The position numbers and the translations under genes were made by a program. Positions 46,151-56,858 of a stretch of 64,000 nucleotides of DNA are shown here, one piece after another (positions within the stretch are counted from its first letter, which is position 1; every line of letters begins with the position of its first letter). The stretch spans positions 79,241 to 143,240 of the forward strand of contig JAGPFZ010000001.1 in NCBI GenBank assembly GCA_018056245.1, in the 5' to 3' direction. The stretch comes from Bacteroidales bacterium. Its GTDB lineage: Bacteria; Bacteroidota; Bacteroidia; Bacteroidales; VadinHA17. The notes under the pieces were generated by a model. It was not told where the DNA came from. It saw nothing but the letters and a program-made list of their open reading frames with translations, and searched no databases.

Positions 46151-47067
46151 ATATTTTCATCTTCCTTTTCTTCATTTCGGGGAAGTGAATACAAATCATT
46201 AATATTTAATTTATTTTCAGATCCTTCTTCATCGGAGGTTCTTTTGAACGGTTCTTCTGCAGCCCTGCCGTTGAAATAAAGAATGAAACTAAAAATTGGA
46301 ATAAGCGGAAGTAATAATGCGTTTACTACCGCGGAAAGGATAATATATAACGGAGAGTTAAATACATCTGCTATATTATTGTTTGCTTCGGTAGGATTTG
46401 AAAGAAAGCTTAAAAAACTGCCTGAAAAAATAGCCATTGTCAATCCTGAAAGTATCAGGGAAATAACTATATAAAGAAGGAAGAAAACTGCAGTCCATCC
46501 TAAATTTGGCCAGAAATTAGTGTGCGATAACTTAATGGTGTGCACTATCACTTTCCCTATATCATTTCCTTCTGTTATCATTACAGGAAGTATAAATAAT
46601 GATATCATCCCGAGATATAATGCGGCAAAAAATACTCCCACTATTAATAACAGTAACCCAGCAGCCACTACAAAAGATCCTGCAAAAGCAAAAAGTATAA
46701 TAATGATGAAATATGGGATAATAAAGTTTAACGACTTCAATATGCAAACGAAAATATTGCATGATTCATCAATGGGTTTGAAGAGCACATAATAATGATA
46801 AATAATGCTGAACCACAGACTCACAGCTGCAAGACCGAGCAGAGGTATGAAATTTGATCTTATAAGAGCCAGTATTTCCTCCGGATCAGTTACATTCTGA
46901 AATTCCGAAATGTTTATTAAAGTGGAAATATATTGAGTGATAAGCGACATCACAAGAGAAATAATAAAAAGTGGAAGGAACCTCGATTTATAAAACAACC
47001 ATAATGACCTCATTGCACTGTCGAGATCATGTCTTCTATAAAGAGGATGGCTACTGATTTGATTCAT
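46147..47067 (-). CDS. hypothetical polytopic membrane protein
   Basis: 306-aa ORF with about 6 TM helices and an acidic C-terminal tail. It is convergent with hydA, and the stop codons overlap. Confidence 0.5.
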   Translation of the reverse strand: MNQISSHPLYRRHDLDSAMRSLWLFYKSRFLPLFIISLVMSLITQYISTLINISEFQNVTDPEEILALIRSNFIPLLGLAAVSLWFSIIYHYYVLFKPIDESCNIFVCILKSLNFIIPYFIIIILFAFAGSFVVAAGLLLLIVGVFFAALYLGMISLFILPVMITEGNDIGKVIVHTIKLSHTNFWPNLGWTAVFFLLYIVISLILSGLTMAIFSGSFLSFLSNPTEANNNIADVFNSPLYIILSAVVNALLLPLIPIFSFILYFNGRAAEEPFKRTSDEEGSENKLNINDLYSLPRNEEKEDENI

Positions 47068-47153
47068 CGCTAAATATATTAATCAGGTTCAAAGATTTAA
47101 AAATAATAATAAAAACAAACTGTTAAAGTATAAACTGAATAAGTTTTCAGATT

Positions 47154-50105
47154 TTAACCTATTATTTCCAGAATATTTTTATAGTCTATATCTTTCAACG
47201 GATTATTGCTCTGAATGAATGTATCTGCAAGCTTTGATTTTTTGTCCTGCAATTTTACAATCTTTTCTTCAATACTGTCGGTAGAGATATATCTGAAAAC
47301 GAAAACATTTTTGTCCTGTCCGATTCTGTGTGCCCGACTCATTGCCTGTAATTCTGCGGCCGGATTCCACCATGGATCCAGAATGAAAACATAGTCGGCT
47401 GCTGTCAGATTGAGCCCCAGACCTCCAGCCTTCAAGGAAATAAGGAATATTTTATTAGAAGGATCTTTCTGAAAATCATTTATTATTCTGTCCCTGTTTC
47501 TACTTGCACCTGTAAGAATTGAAAAGTTTATCTCATTTTTAGAGAGATAATCGGAATATAATGAAAGGTGCTTCACAAATGAAGAAAAGACAAGTATTTT
47601 ATGATTTTCAGCAATAATATTTTCAAGGTCACGAATAACGGTTTCAAATTTTCCCGACCCTCCGGTATATTCTTCAATTATCAGCGAAGGGTGATTCGAT
47701 ATCTGTCTCAGCTTCATAAGGCCTCTTAAAATCAGGATAACTGATTTTTCATTGTCCGACGCTTCCATTTTCCTCATAATAGTGTTTCTTACAACTGATT
47801 TTTCTCTTTCGTATATCTCGGTCTGTTCTTCAGTCATGTCGCAGTAAACAGTATGCTCGGAAACGGATGGAAGGTCAGAAGCAACCATTTCTTTAGTTCT
47901 CCTTAAAATGAACGGCTTTATTATTTTCTTCAGTTTTTGTTCTTTTTCAATATTTCTATGTTTTTCAATAGGTGTTACATATTCACGTTTAAAAAAAGCA
48001 ATGCTACCAAGTAGCCCAGGATTGACAAAAGATAGTTGCGTCCATAGATCGATCAGCGAGTTTTCCATCGGTGTACCGGTCAAAACCAAACGGTAACTTG
48101 ACTTAAGTGTTGAGACTGTTTTGAAGATCATTGAAGATGGGTTTTTTATTGCCTGGCTTTCATCAAGAATGATGTAGTGAAAATGGAATTCGGATAATAC
48201 ATCAATATCCTGTCGTACAATGTGGTAACTTGAAAGTATTATATCGAAATAATTGAAATAAGAAAAAATATTTTTATTTCTCTGGCTACCTTTATAACTG
48301 TAAATTTTAAGCGTCGGCGCGAATTTTCTAATTTCATTTTCCCAGTTATATATAATTGAAGCAGGTACAATAATCAATGAAACTGGATTTTGAATCTGCT
48401 GGTCGAACAATGTTGGCTCGGAATGGTTTATTTCAGCTATTTTTAAACGTGCGGAATTTTCTTTATTAAAAACAAGTAGAGCCAGGGTTTGTATTGTTTT
48501 TCCGAGACCCATATCGTCGGCGAGGCAGCCACCGAGGCCTGCCGATTGAAGCCATACCATCCAGTTAACGCCGTCAATCTGATATTTTCTCAATTCAGTC
48601 GTGAGTCCGGCAGGAAGAATATGTTCCGGTATGAATTCAGGAGTAAGAAATTTGTCAAGTTGATAACCGGCAATAGATTCTTTGTCGGAAAATGCTTCAG
48701 AAATAATTGAAAAATGTTGCTTGTGTATTTTCAGAATATTCCCATGAACTTTACCGAATTCAAAAATACTTCGGTATTTTGAAAACCAAACTTCAGGTAG
48801 AATGGCAGTTGTCTTATCAGGAAGTTCAAACTCCCTTGTTCCGGAAAGAATATATGATTTTAGCCGTACAAATGGAAATTCATACTCTCCAATTTTTACA
48901 ATAGATTTCAGATCGAACCAGTCTCCTTCAACATTATGATCAGTAAATATTTTGACGGGATATAGGTTATATTTTTTCTCCAGTTTATCCGAATTTATTA
49001 TAAAACCTAAGGAAGTGAGTTCGTCATAAGAATTATTTATTGCCTCGATAGTATTATATAAGTCAGTATCGTAATTTCCTGTTATGTTGCTGATAGTAAA
49101 GCTGATATCATCCTCACTATAAAAATCTGCGTCGTTCAGAATTTTGATGCAATTTTTTTCCCATTCAAAGTCGCGTGTATATTTCCTGAATATAAATTCG
49201 CCGTTATTATCTTCAAATTTTGTAATTGCTCTCTCTTTTTCGGTATGATAAAAAAATGTCCCGGAATAATTAAATCTAAGAATAGCGGAAGGATAACCTC
49301 TCAGTTCCTGTTCAATATCGAGATAAACTTTTTTATCGGAAAGTGGATATTCTATCCTGAATCCGGAAGTCTCAGTCCTGAACCGGTTAATAACTGAAAG
49401 CACAAAAGTTGAAAAATATTTCTTTTCCGAGATTTTTGGAATAATGAGGAATTCCTTTGTAATGAATGGTCTGAGTTTTGCCGCATCTATTTCAGACACA
49501 AATACAAGTTTATTTCCGCAAATAATGACGCATGGATTATTGCATAATATTTCAGTCTGATTATTTCTGATATCCAGGTGTTTATCTTCGAGTTCAAGAG
49601 AAAGGCTATAAGTACTCTGTATTGCATTTCTTTCGAATCTGAAAATTGGTAAAACAGGTTCTGTTATGATTTCAAGTTTGTCGTCACTATGAAAAGATTT
49701 TATGCTTGATCTCTTTATGAATATCGGTATACTTTCGTCCCGCGCAATTTCAACGCATTTGTACAAGCTTTTCTCAATATAAGGTCTTATATGCCTGTTT
49801 ATTATGTCGGGAGTTACATTTAACAGAAAATCCTTTACGTTTCTTTCTTTTGAGAAGAGCTTAAAAAGTTGTCGGTCGCTATATTGATTGAGAATTTCGA
49901 CAGTCTCACGTTCTTCAGGGAACAGCGATGTAACTATTTCTTCGGAAGGAAATGGGAAGAGCGATTCGGAAATAGTGAAATACTCTTTACCTTTTATCTT
50001 TTTTAATATACATGGAATAATAATATTTCCCCATATTCGGTTTTTAGTTACAACCAGGGAAAAAAGTTGTTCATCTGTACCCAGAGGAGATTCCATGTAA
50101 TTCAT
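47154..50105 (-). CDS. SNF2-family helicase/ATPase with large uncharacterised N-terminal region
   Basis: 983 aa with motif I DDMGLGKTIQT, motif II DESQAIKN and the helicase-C motifs LKAGGLGLNLT...QAMSRAHRIGQ. The first ~500 aa have no motif I recognise. Confidence 0.85.
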   Translation of the reverse strand: MNYMESPLGTDEQLFSLVVTKNRIWGNIIIPCILKKIKGKEYFTISESLFPFPSEEIVTSLFPEERETVEILNQYSDRQLFKLFSKERNVKDFLLNVTPDIINRHIRPYIEKSLYKCVEIARDESIPIFIKRSSIKSFHSDDKLEIITEPVLPIFRFERNAIQSTYSLSLELEDKHLDIRNNQTEILCNNPCVIICGNKLVFVSEIDAAKLRPFITKEFLIIPKISEKKYFSTFVLSVINRFRTETSGFRIEYPLSDKKVYLDIEQELRGYPSAILRFNYSGTFFYHTEKERAITKFEDNNGEFIFRKYTRDFEWEKNCIKILNDADFYSEDDISFTISNITGNYDTDLYNTIEAINNSYDELTSLGFIINSDKLEKKYNLYPVKIFTDHNVEGDWFDLKSIVKIGEYEFPFVRLKSYILSGTREFELPDKTTAILPEVWFSKYRSIFEFGKVHGNILKIHKQHFSIISEAFSDKESIAGYQLDKFLTPEFIPEHILPAGLTTELRKYQIDGVNWMVWLQSAGLGGCLADDMGLGKTIQTLALLVFNKENSARLKIAEINHSEPTLFDQQIQNPVSLIIVPASIIYNWENEIRKFAPTLKIYSYKGSQRNKNIFSYFNYFDIILSSYHIVRQDIDVLSEFHFHYIILDESQAIKNPSSMIFKTVSTLKSSYRLVLTGTPMENSLIDLWTQLSFVNPGLLGSIAFFKREYVTPIEKHRNIEKEQKLKKIIKPFILRRTKEMVASDLPSVSEHTVYCDMTEEQTEIYEREKSVVRNTIMRKMEASDNEKSVILILRGLMKLRQISNHPSLIIEEYTGGSGKFETVIRDLENIIAENHKILVFSSFVKHLSLYSDYLSKNEINFSILTGASRNRDRIINDFQKDPSNKIFLISLKAGGLGLNLTAADYVFILDPWWNPAAELQAMSRAHRIGQDKNVFVFRYISTDSIEEKIVKLQDKKSKLADTFIQSNNPLKDIDYKNILEIIG

Positions 50106-50133
50106 TGTTAAATATGCAATATTAATATGAATA

Positions 50134-50733
50134 CTATTTTCCTCCCCTCCAACGTCTTAAAATATTTGTAAACGGGAATACTGTATCGGTCTTTTTTGAT
50201 GGGAATATTCCTTCGCTGGCCGATCGTATGTCTTCGATTGTGTAAAAAACATCCGGTTGAAAATTATTTATTACCTCGAGTGCCTTTGGAATGTCATTGC
50301 GTTGCAGGATAGTATAAACAAGGTCAACATCTTCTCTTGCCCCACGAGCTTTTACCATTGTCGCCCCATATCCGTTGGAATTCAACATATGTACCAATTT
50401 CATCCCGTCCAGTTTTGTAAACACCCTTATCAGTTGAGTCCCGACAGCAAGTCTTTCCTCAATTATCATGCCTATAAGGTTGCCTGTAGCAAAACCTAAA
50501 GCGTAGGCTACATAACAGATATAGTTATTAAGGTTCTCCATGATTTTGCTGATAGCTATAATCCATATCAGAACTTCAAAAAATCCGAGCAGTGGAGCAA
50601 TGTTTTTCTTGCCTTTTGATACAAAAATTATTCTTACTGTGCCAATAGAAACATCACATATACGAGCACAAAAGATCAGAAATGGCAAGACAACATAATT
50701 AAAAAGATCAATATTTAAAAATGAGCTTTCCAT
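50134..50733 (-). CDS. UPF0316/DUF2179-type membrane protein
   Basis: Start taken at the ATG at 50733 (MESSFLNIDLF...). Three TM helices with the motif DVSIGTVRIIFVSKG, followed by a soluble C-terminal domain, as in UPF0316 proteins. Confidence 0.55.
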   Translation of the reverse strand: MESSFLNIDLFNYVVLPFLIFCARICDVSIGTVRIIFVSKGKKNIAPLLGFFEVLIWIIAISKIMENLNNYICYVAYALGFATGNLIGMIIEERLAVGTQLIRVFTKLDGMKLVHMLNSNGYGATMVKARGAREDVDLVYTILQRNDIPKALEVINNFQPDVFYTIEDIRSASEGIFPSKKTDTVFPFTNILRRWRGGK

Positions 50734-50820
50734 GATAAAAACTTTTAAGATGCAAATTTGGCCTAAATATTGTAATTTTGTCAATTTCGCAAAAAACAAA
50801 ATTTTATTATAGGCATCGAA

Positions 50821-50850
50821 ATAAAAAACCGATGATTTATTTCACCGGTT
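50821..50850 (-). terminator. candidate rho-independent terminator after the 323-aa gene
   Basis: Minus-strand hairpin ACCGGTGA-AATAAA-TCATCGGT with one G-T pair, followed by TTTTTTAT. Confidence 0.45.
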
Positions 50851-50892
50851 CTATGAATTTTCAATCAAAAATGATTTTCACATTCGTCACTT

Positions 50893-51864
50893 TTATTTGA
50901 CTGTTGTTACTGTTCCTGTTCTGACAACTTGATTTTTTCTCCATTCATATTTTTTCCCGTCTCCTATATTCAGGAGAACATCAAAAGTACCAGGAGAACA
51001 GGGAAATTTAGAAGTTGCCGGTTCGCATACCAAAAACTCCATTGATTTTTCGGGTTTTGCCACTCCATTTAGTTTGTCGTAAGTACCTGAAGGATAAAGA
51101 TGAAGTTTGCTTACATTTCTTAATACTCCACCATATACAATTTCACCTGCATTCATGTTTACAGATACCTTGTAATTAGTATTTGCCTTTAAGGTGAAAT
51201 TTTCCAGCCATACTTTCTGGTTATATCCGGGTATCTCAATTGTTAAAAGCACATCATAAGTTCCCGGTTTGATTTTGACTTTATTACTTGCGGTTATTTC
51301 ATCCGGAGTCAATTTGTTGTCTCTATTACCTCTTGCATAGAATGATGGCACACCCCGATTAAAATTCTGTTCGGGGTTGCCTTTATAGCGGTTTACGATA
51401 AATTCGCATGAGGCAAGTCCACCTGATGTAGTTGTTGTTTCATCAATATTTATCTGATAATCATAGATAGTAACTGTGACAACCGTTTTCATTTTTGGTT
51501 TTACCTCAATGCCGTTTACGTTTATCACAATATTTCCGGGTTTACCTACAAGGGCTGATGTTATTTGAAGGTCATAAGTTCCGGGTGCAGCATCTTTGAG
51601 TTTTATATCCTTACCTGCGCTTGTAAGCTTGAAGTTATGGCCTTTTGTAAGTTCACCCATAACTCTAATACTTACCACAACCGATTGAGGCTGTTCGGAA
51701 GGGTTGAAAGCTTCATGTGCTTGCTGAACCCATACCCGCGACCATGTACGTTCAGTTTTAACTGTAATTCCATTATCAAGTTTATAGGAATAGGCAGACA
51801 CTTTTTGGGCATTAACTTCAAGGTTAAATGCGAAGAGTACCAATAAAACAATATATTTTTTCAT
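50893..51864 (-). CDS. hypothetical secreted protein with three internal PGT[YF]D-containing repeats
   Basis: 323 aa with a signal peptide. The segments PGTYDLQIT..., PGTYDVLLT... and PGTFDVLLN... recur, suggesting repeated beta-sandwich modules. Confidence 0.5.
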   Translation of the reverse strand: MKKYIVLLVLFAFNLEVNAQKVSAYSYKLDNGITVKTERTWSRVWVQQAHEAFNPSEQPQSVVVSIRVMGELTKGHNFKLTSAGKDIKLKDAAPGTYDLQITSALVGKPGNIVINVNGIEVKPKMKTVVTVTIYDYQINIDETTTTSGGLASCEFIVNRYKGNPEQNFNRGVPSFYARGNRDNKLTPDEITASNKVKIKPGTYDVLLTIEIPGYNQKVWLENFTLKANTNYKVSVNMNAGEIVYGGVLRNVSKLHLYPSGTYDKLNGVAKPEKSMEFLVCEPATSKFPCSPGTFDVLLNIGDGKKYEWRKNQVVRTGTVTTVK

Positions 51865-52077
51865 AGTGGTAACTTTGAATTACTATTGGTCGTATATTAT
51901 CAAAGTTAATAAATATTTTTGAATTTTAATATAAAAAAATAATATTATTGGTATTTTAAATTTTCAATTTGGAGGAAAAGCATCTTCTGCGCAAGAGCCT
52001 TATAAAGATATTGATAACTATAACGGAATATATTGAGATTCCAGAATAAGTATTTAACAATTTGAACTGTAACAAAA

Positions 52078-53499
52078 TTAAAGTTCTGCCGTAATATTTT
52101 CTTTTTTTAAGAGCGGTATAAGATCTTTTCCTGCAAGTTTAAATTTTTCAGGATCTGATGGTTCGATAATATAAATAGAAGCTCCATGTTTGAGGCCATG
52201 TTTTATGATAGTCATTTTTTCATTCGATTCCCCTGGTATTACAACTTGTTTAAATTTGTTTCGTGTGTAAACGAAAGGAATACTGTCGGCAGTGGAATAA
52301 ATACACTCTGTAGGAATATAAATGGCATCGTCAATTTCTTTTATGACGATTTTATTGGTTGTTGTCATTGAGGGTCTTATGTCAGGATCACCGCCTTCAA
52401 TTTTTATTATTGTTTCATACACTTTGGTATCGCTGTTTGGCAGTGTCTCTCCTATATTGGCTATCCTTGTAATAGTTCCCTTCAAAGACTTTCCGGGGAA
52501 AGCGTCCATTGTGATTTCAACCGGCAAACCTGTATTTATTTTATTTATGTCTATTTCGGATATATAAACTTTTGATAACATAACCGACAGGTCGGGTATA
52601 GTAGCTACAACCCTGTCGAATGGAGGAATCATAGAGCCAACTTTTCTTTTAACGCCGGTTGGGTCACGTTTATATAATAGCATTCCATCGGCAGGAGCTG
52701 TTATTGTAAATTCTTTTAGAAGTTCTTCGAGGCGTGAAATTGTTTCTTCCAGTTGTGATATTTGGAACTGCAGGTTCGTAATAATCTGTAAATTCTGAGC
52801 CTGTCTTAGAACATAAGATCTTTGCTTCTGTTCAAGTGTTATTTTAGCCTTGTCAAGATTAATTTCTGCTTTTCTTATTATATCAGGTGCTTCATATTTG
52901 GAATTACGGTATTTCATTTCAGCTTCCTCGATAAGGAATATCTGATTTTTTATATCATCCCTCAGGCCTGATAACATTACTGCACTGTCAAGAATTCTTA
53001 ATTCGAGCTGTGATTTATATGTTGTTAATTGTTCTCTGTATGTTTTCAGGGTGTTATCGTATTCAGATTTATCGAGTTGAGCTATATAGTCGCCTTTTTT
53101 TATTATTGTACCTTCCGGGACTATATCGGTTATTCTTAGTGGGGCCAGACGTATGTTGCCACCTGAATTTGGACCTCCGCTTACCATACGCATCATAGAG
53201 CTACTGCTAAAGCCACCTGAAAAGCCCTGACCTCTCTGTCCGCTACGATTACCCTGAGTTTGTTGTTGGCGTTGTTGCCTTGACTGATCCTCCTGCTGAA
53301 CAATACTTGGAGCAAGCACATCTATCGATTTTTCAGCTTCAAGTTCACCGGTTATTGTGAGAGTCAATTCAAATTTGCCTTTTTGGACGTCGGTAAAATA
53401 ATATGAAATATTTTTTCTTGAGGAAATATAATTAATTGCAATTAAAACAAGTATTGACGATATAACTATTATTCCTGTAGTAATGAGATTTTTTTTCAT
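52078..53499 (-). CDS. HlyD/MFP-family periplasmic adaptor-like protein
   Basis: 473 aa with an N-terminal anchor, long heptad-like coiled-coil segments and a C-terminal beta-barrel-like region. There is a Q/G/S-rich low-complexity insert near residues 68-115. Confidence 0.6.
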   Translation of the reverse strand: MKKNLITTGIIVISSILVLIAINYISSRKNISYYFTDVQKGKFELTLTITGELEAEKSIDVLAPSIVQQEDQSRQQRQQQTQGNRSGQRGQGFSGGFSSSSMMRMVSGGPNSGGNIRLAPLRITDIVPEGTIIKKGDYIAQLDKSEYDNTLKTYREQLTTYKSQLELRILDSAVMLSGLRDDIKNQIFLIEEAEMKYRNSKYEAPDIIRKAEINLDKAKITLEQKQRSYVLRQAQNLQIITNLQFQISQLEETISRLEELLKEFTITAPADGMLLYKRDPTGVKRKVGSMIPPFDRVVATIPDLSVMLSKVYISEIDINKINTGLPVEITMDAFPGKSLKGTITRIANIGETLPNSDTKVYETIIKIEGGDPDIRPSMTTTNKIVIKEIDDAIYIPTECIYSTADSIPFVYTRNKFKQVVIPGESNEKMTIIKHGLKHGASIYIIEPSDPEKFKLAGKDLIPLLKKENITAEL

Positions 53500-53758
53500 T
53501 TTTAATTTATCATCTGTTGGAAATGCAAAATTAACTAATAAAGTTTATCAATAAAGAAAGTTGTAATAGTATAATGATGCAATTTAACTATTATTAACAA
53601 AAATACATCCAGATTTGTCGGGAATTAAATTGAAGCATAAAATATTAAAAATTGTTAAATAAAAAATAATCTATTACAGGAATATATAACTTTGATTAGT
53701 TGTCTATTTATCATAACAAAAATTAATCATTTTAAAGTTAACTTTAAAAATAAAGACT

Positions 53759-54274
53759 ATGAAAAACAAAGTAATCGGCATTTTTGCTTTTGCAGTAATT
53801 ATGGCATTCATAATTCCTGCATCGGTTAAAGGCCAGGCAAAACCTAATTTTTCCGGCACGTGGGCATATAATGCTTCGAAGAGCGATCAGCCTCAAGGCC
53901 AGGGTGGCGGTCAGAGAGCTTTCGGAGGCGGTGATTTCGTGGTAAAACAGGATGCCAACACTCTTACTGTTGAAAGAACAAGAACAACTCAGGATGGACA
54001 AAGTGTCACCACTACTACGAAGTACACTTTAGATGGAAAAGAAACTGTTAATACCGCACCGGGCGGAAGAGGTGGCGAAAGCAAATCAACCGCAACATGG
54101 TCGCCTGATGGTAAAAGTCTAACTATAGTTACTACACGTACTTTTAATGACAGAACAATGACTACGAGAGAGGTATGGACTTTAACTGATCCGAATACAC
54201 TTACAATTACAAGTACAGTTGATACTCCAAATGGTCAGATGACGATTAAAAGAGTTTACGACAAAAAGCAATAG
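53759..54274 (+). CDS. hypothetical secreted Thr-rich beta-strand protein
   Basis: 171 aa with a signal peptide. No catalytic motif recognised. Confidence 0.5.
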   Translation: MKNKVIGIFAFAVIMAFIIPASVKGQAKPNFSGTWAYNASKSDQPQGQGGGQRAFGGGDFVVKQDANTLTVERTRTTQDGQSVTTTTKYTLDGKETVNTAPGGRGGESKSTATWSPDGKSLTIVTTRTFNDRTMTTREVWTLTDPNTLTITSTVDTPNGQMTIKRVYDKKQ

Positions 54275-54304
54275 GCGTTACTAAGTTAATTAAAAAGAAT
54301 TTAT

Positions 54305-54343
54305 AAAATAAGAAAGGGCTCATTTGAAGCCCTTTCTTATTTT
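54305..54343. terminator. bidirectional terminator hairpin
   Basis: Perfect 16-bp stem AAAATAAGAAAGGGCT / AGCCCTTTCTTATTTT with a 7-nt loop, flanked by A/T runs. It lies between convergent genes. Confidence 0.65.
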
Positions 54344-54364
54344 ATAATGGAATTGCAAAATTTA

Positions 54365-54403
54365 TTCATAAATCAGCTTATCATTAATAAGCTGATTTAT
54401 GAA
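54365..54403 (-). terminator. hairpin at the asnB 3' end
   Basis: Perfect 17-bp stem TTCATAAATCAGCTTAT / ATAAGCTGATTTATGAA. One arm is formed by the last asnB codons, and on the minus strand the stem is followed by TAAATTTTG. Confidence 0.5.
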
Positions 54404-56048
54404 TAGTTTTTACAGCTCTTCCTGAAGGGTCGTTGATATTATTAAAAGAGGAATCCCATGCAAGGGCTTCAGGAGTACTACAGGCTACCGAAGGAACTGA
54501 AGGCACAGTTGCTGCAGCGCTTTCCGACGGGAAATATTCGCTGAAAATGGACCTGTATAAATATTCCTCTTTTGTAAGCGGAGGATTAATCATAAATCTG
54601 AATTTTGCAGTTTTCATCTGATTATCGGTTACTTTTTTATTTGCCAGTTCCTTCAGGGTATCAATCCAGTTGTAACCGACGCCATCGGAAAATTGTTCTT
54701 TTTGTCTCCACACCACACTTTCGGGCAGAATATCTTCGAAAGCTTTTCTAAGAATCCACTTTTCCATACGACCGTTTACAGGCATTTTGTCTTTTGGATT
54801 AAGCCTCATAGCTACATCGAGAAACTCTTTGTCGAGGAAAGGTACTCTTCCCTCAATACCCCATGCAGCGAGAGATTTGTTGGCTCTTAAACAATCGTAA
54901 AGATGGAGTTGGTTTAATTTTCTTACGGTTTCCTCATGAAAAGATCTGGCATCTGGAGCTTTATGGAAATAAAGATAACCGCCAAATACTTCGTCGGCTC
55001 CTTCACCGGTCAGAACCATTTTAACTCCCATTGACCTTATTGCCCTGGCAAGCAAATACATAGGAGTCGAAGCTCTAACAGTTGTTACATCATAGGTTTC
55101 GAGATGATAGATAACGTCTGAAATCGCGTCAAGACCCTCTTGTATTGTAAATATAACTTCGTGATGCACTGTTCCGATATAGTCGGCTACTTTTCGAGCA
55201 GCAGCCAGGTCAGGAGAGCCTTTCAAGCCAACAGCGAATGAATGCAATCTTGGCCACCATGCTTCACTTAAATCCTGAGCTTCGACACGCATTGCTGCAT
55301 ATTTTTTCGTAATTGCGGATATAATAGATGAATCGAGCCCTCCTGAAAGTAGTACACCATAAGGCACATCGGACATTAGCTGGCGATGTACAGCATCCTC
55401 AAGAGCTTTCCTTAATTCAGTGATATTGCTTGTATTGTCCTTTACAGCTTCATACGACAACCAGTCGGGATTATACCATCTTTTCTCCTCGCCTTCGGTG
55501 CTAAGAAGGTAATGACCCGGAGCAAAAATCTCAATTCTTGGACATATTCCTTCAAGAGCCTTTAATTCAGAAGCAATATAGAAATTGCCATTTTTATCCC
55601 AACCTTTGTATAACGGTACAATGCCAAGATGATCCCGTGCAATTAAATATATGTCTTTTTCGGCATCGTAGAGGGCAAAAGCGAAAATCCCGTTCAGCTC
55701 ATTAAGAAATGACGCACCCTTTTCCCTGTAAAGCGCAAGTATTACTTCGCAGTCGGTATTTGTAAGGAATTCATAATTCGTTTTAAGGTTTTTTCTTAAT
55801 TCCTGATGATTATATATCTCTCCGTTTATTGCCAGTAATAATTTTTCGTCACTGCTTTTGAGTGGCTGAGCTCCCGAAACAGGATCAACTATTGCAAGCC
55901 TCTCGTGCGCTAATATCGCTTTATCGCTGCAATAGATTCCTGACCAGTCTGGACCGCGATGCCTCAGTTTTTTTGACATGGATAACACCTGAGGCCTTAA
56001 TTCTTCAGATTTCTGTTTAAGATCAAATACTCCTATAATTCCGCACAT
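54384..56048 (-). CDS. asnB: asparagine synthase (glutamine-hydrolysing)
   Basis: 554 aa with the N-terminal nucleophile MCGIIG and the PP-loop SGGLDSS. Confidence 0.95.
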   Translation of the reverse strand: MCGIIGVFDLKQKSEELRPQVLSMSKKLRHRGPDWSGIYCSDKAILAHERLAIVDPVSGAQPLKSSDEKLLLAINGEIYNHQELRKNLKTNYEFLTNTDCEVILALYREKGASFLNELNGIFAFALYDAEKDIYLIARDHLGIVPLYKGWDKNGNFYIASELKALEGICPRIEIFAPGHYLLSTEGEEKRWYNPDWLSYEAVKDNTSNITELRKALEDAVHRQLMSDVPYGVLLSGGLDSSIISAITKKYAAMRVEAQDLSEAWWPRLHSFAVGLKGSPDLAAARKVADYIGTVHHEVIFTIQEGLDAISDVIYHLETYDVTTVRASTPMYLLARAIRSMGVKMVLTGEGADEVFGGYLYFHKAPDARSFHEETVRKLNQLHLYDCLRANKSLAAWGIEGRVPFLDKEFLDVAMRLNPKDKMPVNGRMEKWILRKAFEDILPESVVWRQKEQFSDGVGYNWIDTLKELANKKVTDNQMKTAKFRFMINPPLTKEEYLYRSIFSEYFPSESAAATVPSVPSVACSTPEALAWDSSFNNINDPSGRAVKTIHKSAY

Positions 56049-56279
56049 ATTTTATTAATTAATCAATTATAAAAAATTAAGCAAAAGTATTTAATAAATT
56101 TAAATATGCAAAAAATATTTTAATTTATTTAACAAATAATGTTTAAAATTACGAAAATACTAAAAAATATGTTTTTAAAATATATTAAAACACTACCGAA
56201 AGAAATTTTTTGAATCGGGACATTTTATTTTAGAACATATTCACTAAAAGAAAACATTAAATTAGCACAAAATAAATTT

Positions 56280-56762
56280 ATGAATCTAAATTTCAGAACT
56301 ATTCCTGAAAAGAAAGATATTCAGCGGGTCCGGGAAATTGTTGAATCAACCGGATTTTTCTATGACTTCGAAACTGAAATTGCTGTTGAACTGGTGAAGG
56401 AGTATTTGAAAAATGGCGAAGAATCAGGTTACTATTTTGTGTTTGCCGAGGCCGACGGAATAACAGTTGCTTATACGTGTTACGGGCACGACGAGATGAC
56501 AAAATCATGCTTTGAACTATACTGGATCGTGACACATAATGATTTCAGGGGTAAAGGTATCGGTCAAAGGCTGCTTGAAGAAACTTACAAAAGCATCCGT
56601 AAAATGGGAGGCACAATGGTTGTTGCGGAAACTTCAGGAAGACCTTATTATGCAACAACCCGGGCATTTTACGAAAAAGCAGGGTATATCCTTGAGGCCG
56701 TCATAAGAGACTATTACGACAAGGGCGATGATAAATGCTTCTATGTTAAACGCATGGAATAG
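56280..56762 (+). CDS. GNAT-family N-acetyltransferase
   Basis: 160 aa with the acetyl-CoA-binding motif A (RGKGIGQRLLEE). Confidence 0.75.
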   Translation: MNLNFRTIPEKKDIQRVREIVESTGFFYDFETEIAVELVKEYLKNGEESGYYFVFAEADGITVAYTCYGHDEMTKSCFELYWIVTHNDFRGKGIGQRLLEETYKSIRKMGGTMVVAETSGRPYYATTRAFYEKAGYILEAVIRDYYDKGDDKCFYVKRME

Positions 56763-56858
56763 TTAATCAATTTCCGTATCTCATATCGCCGTGCCCTCTG
56801 TTTTCCCGATTCTCGGGTCTCCGCTCAGCTTCGTGTGCCCTGTACTCTCTACTCTGTG

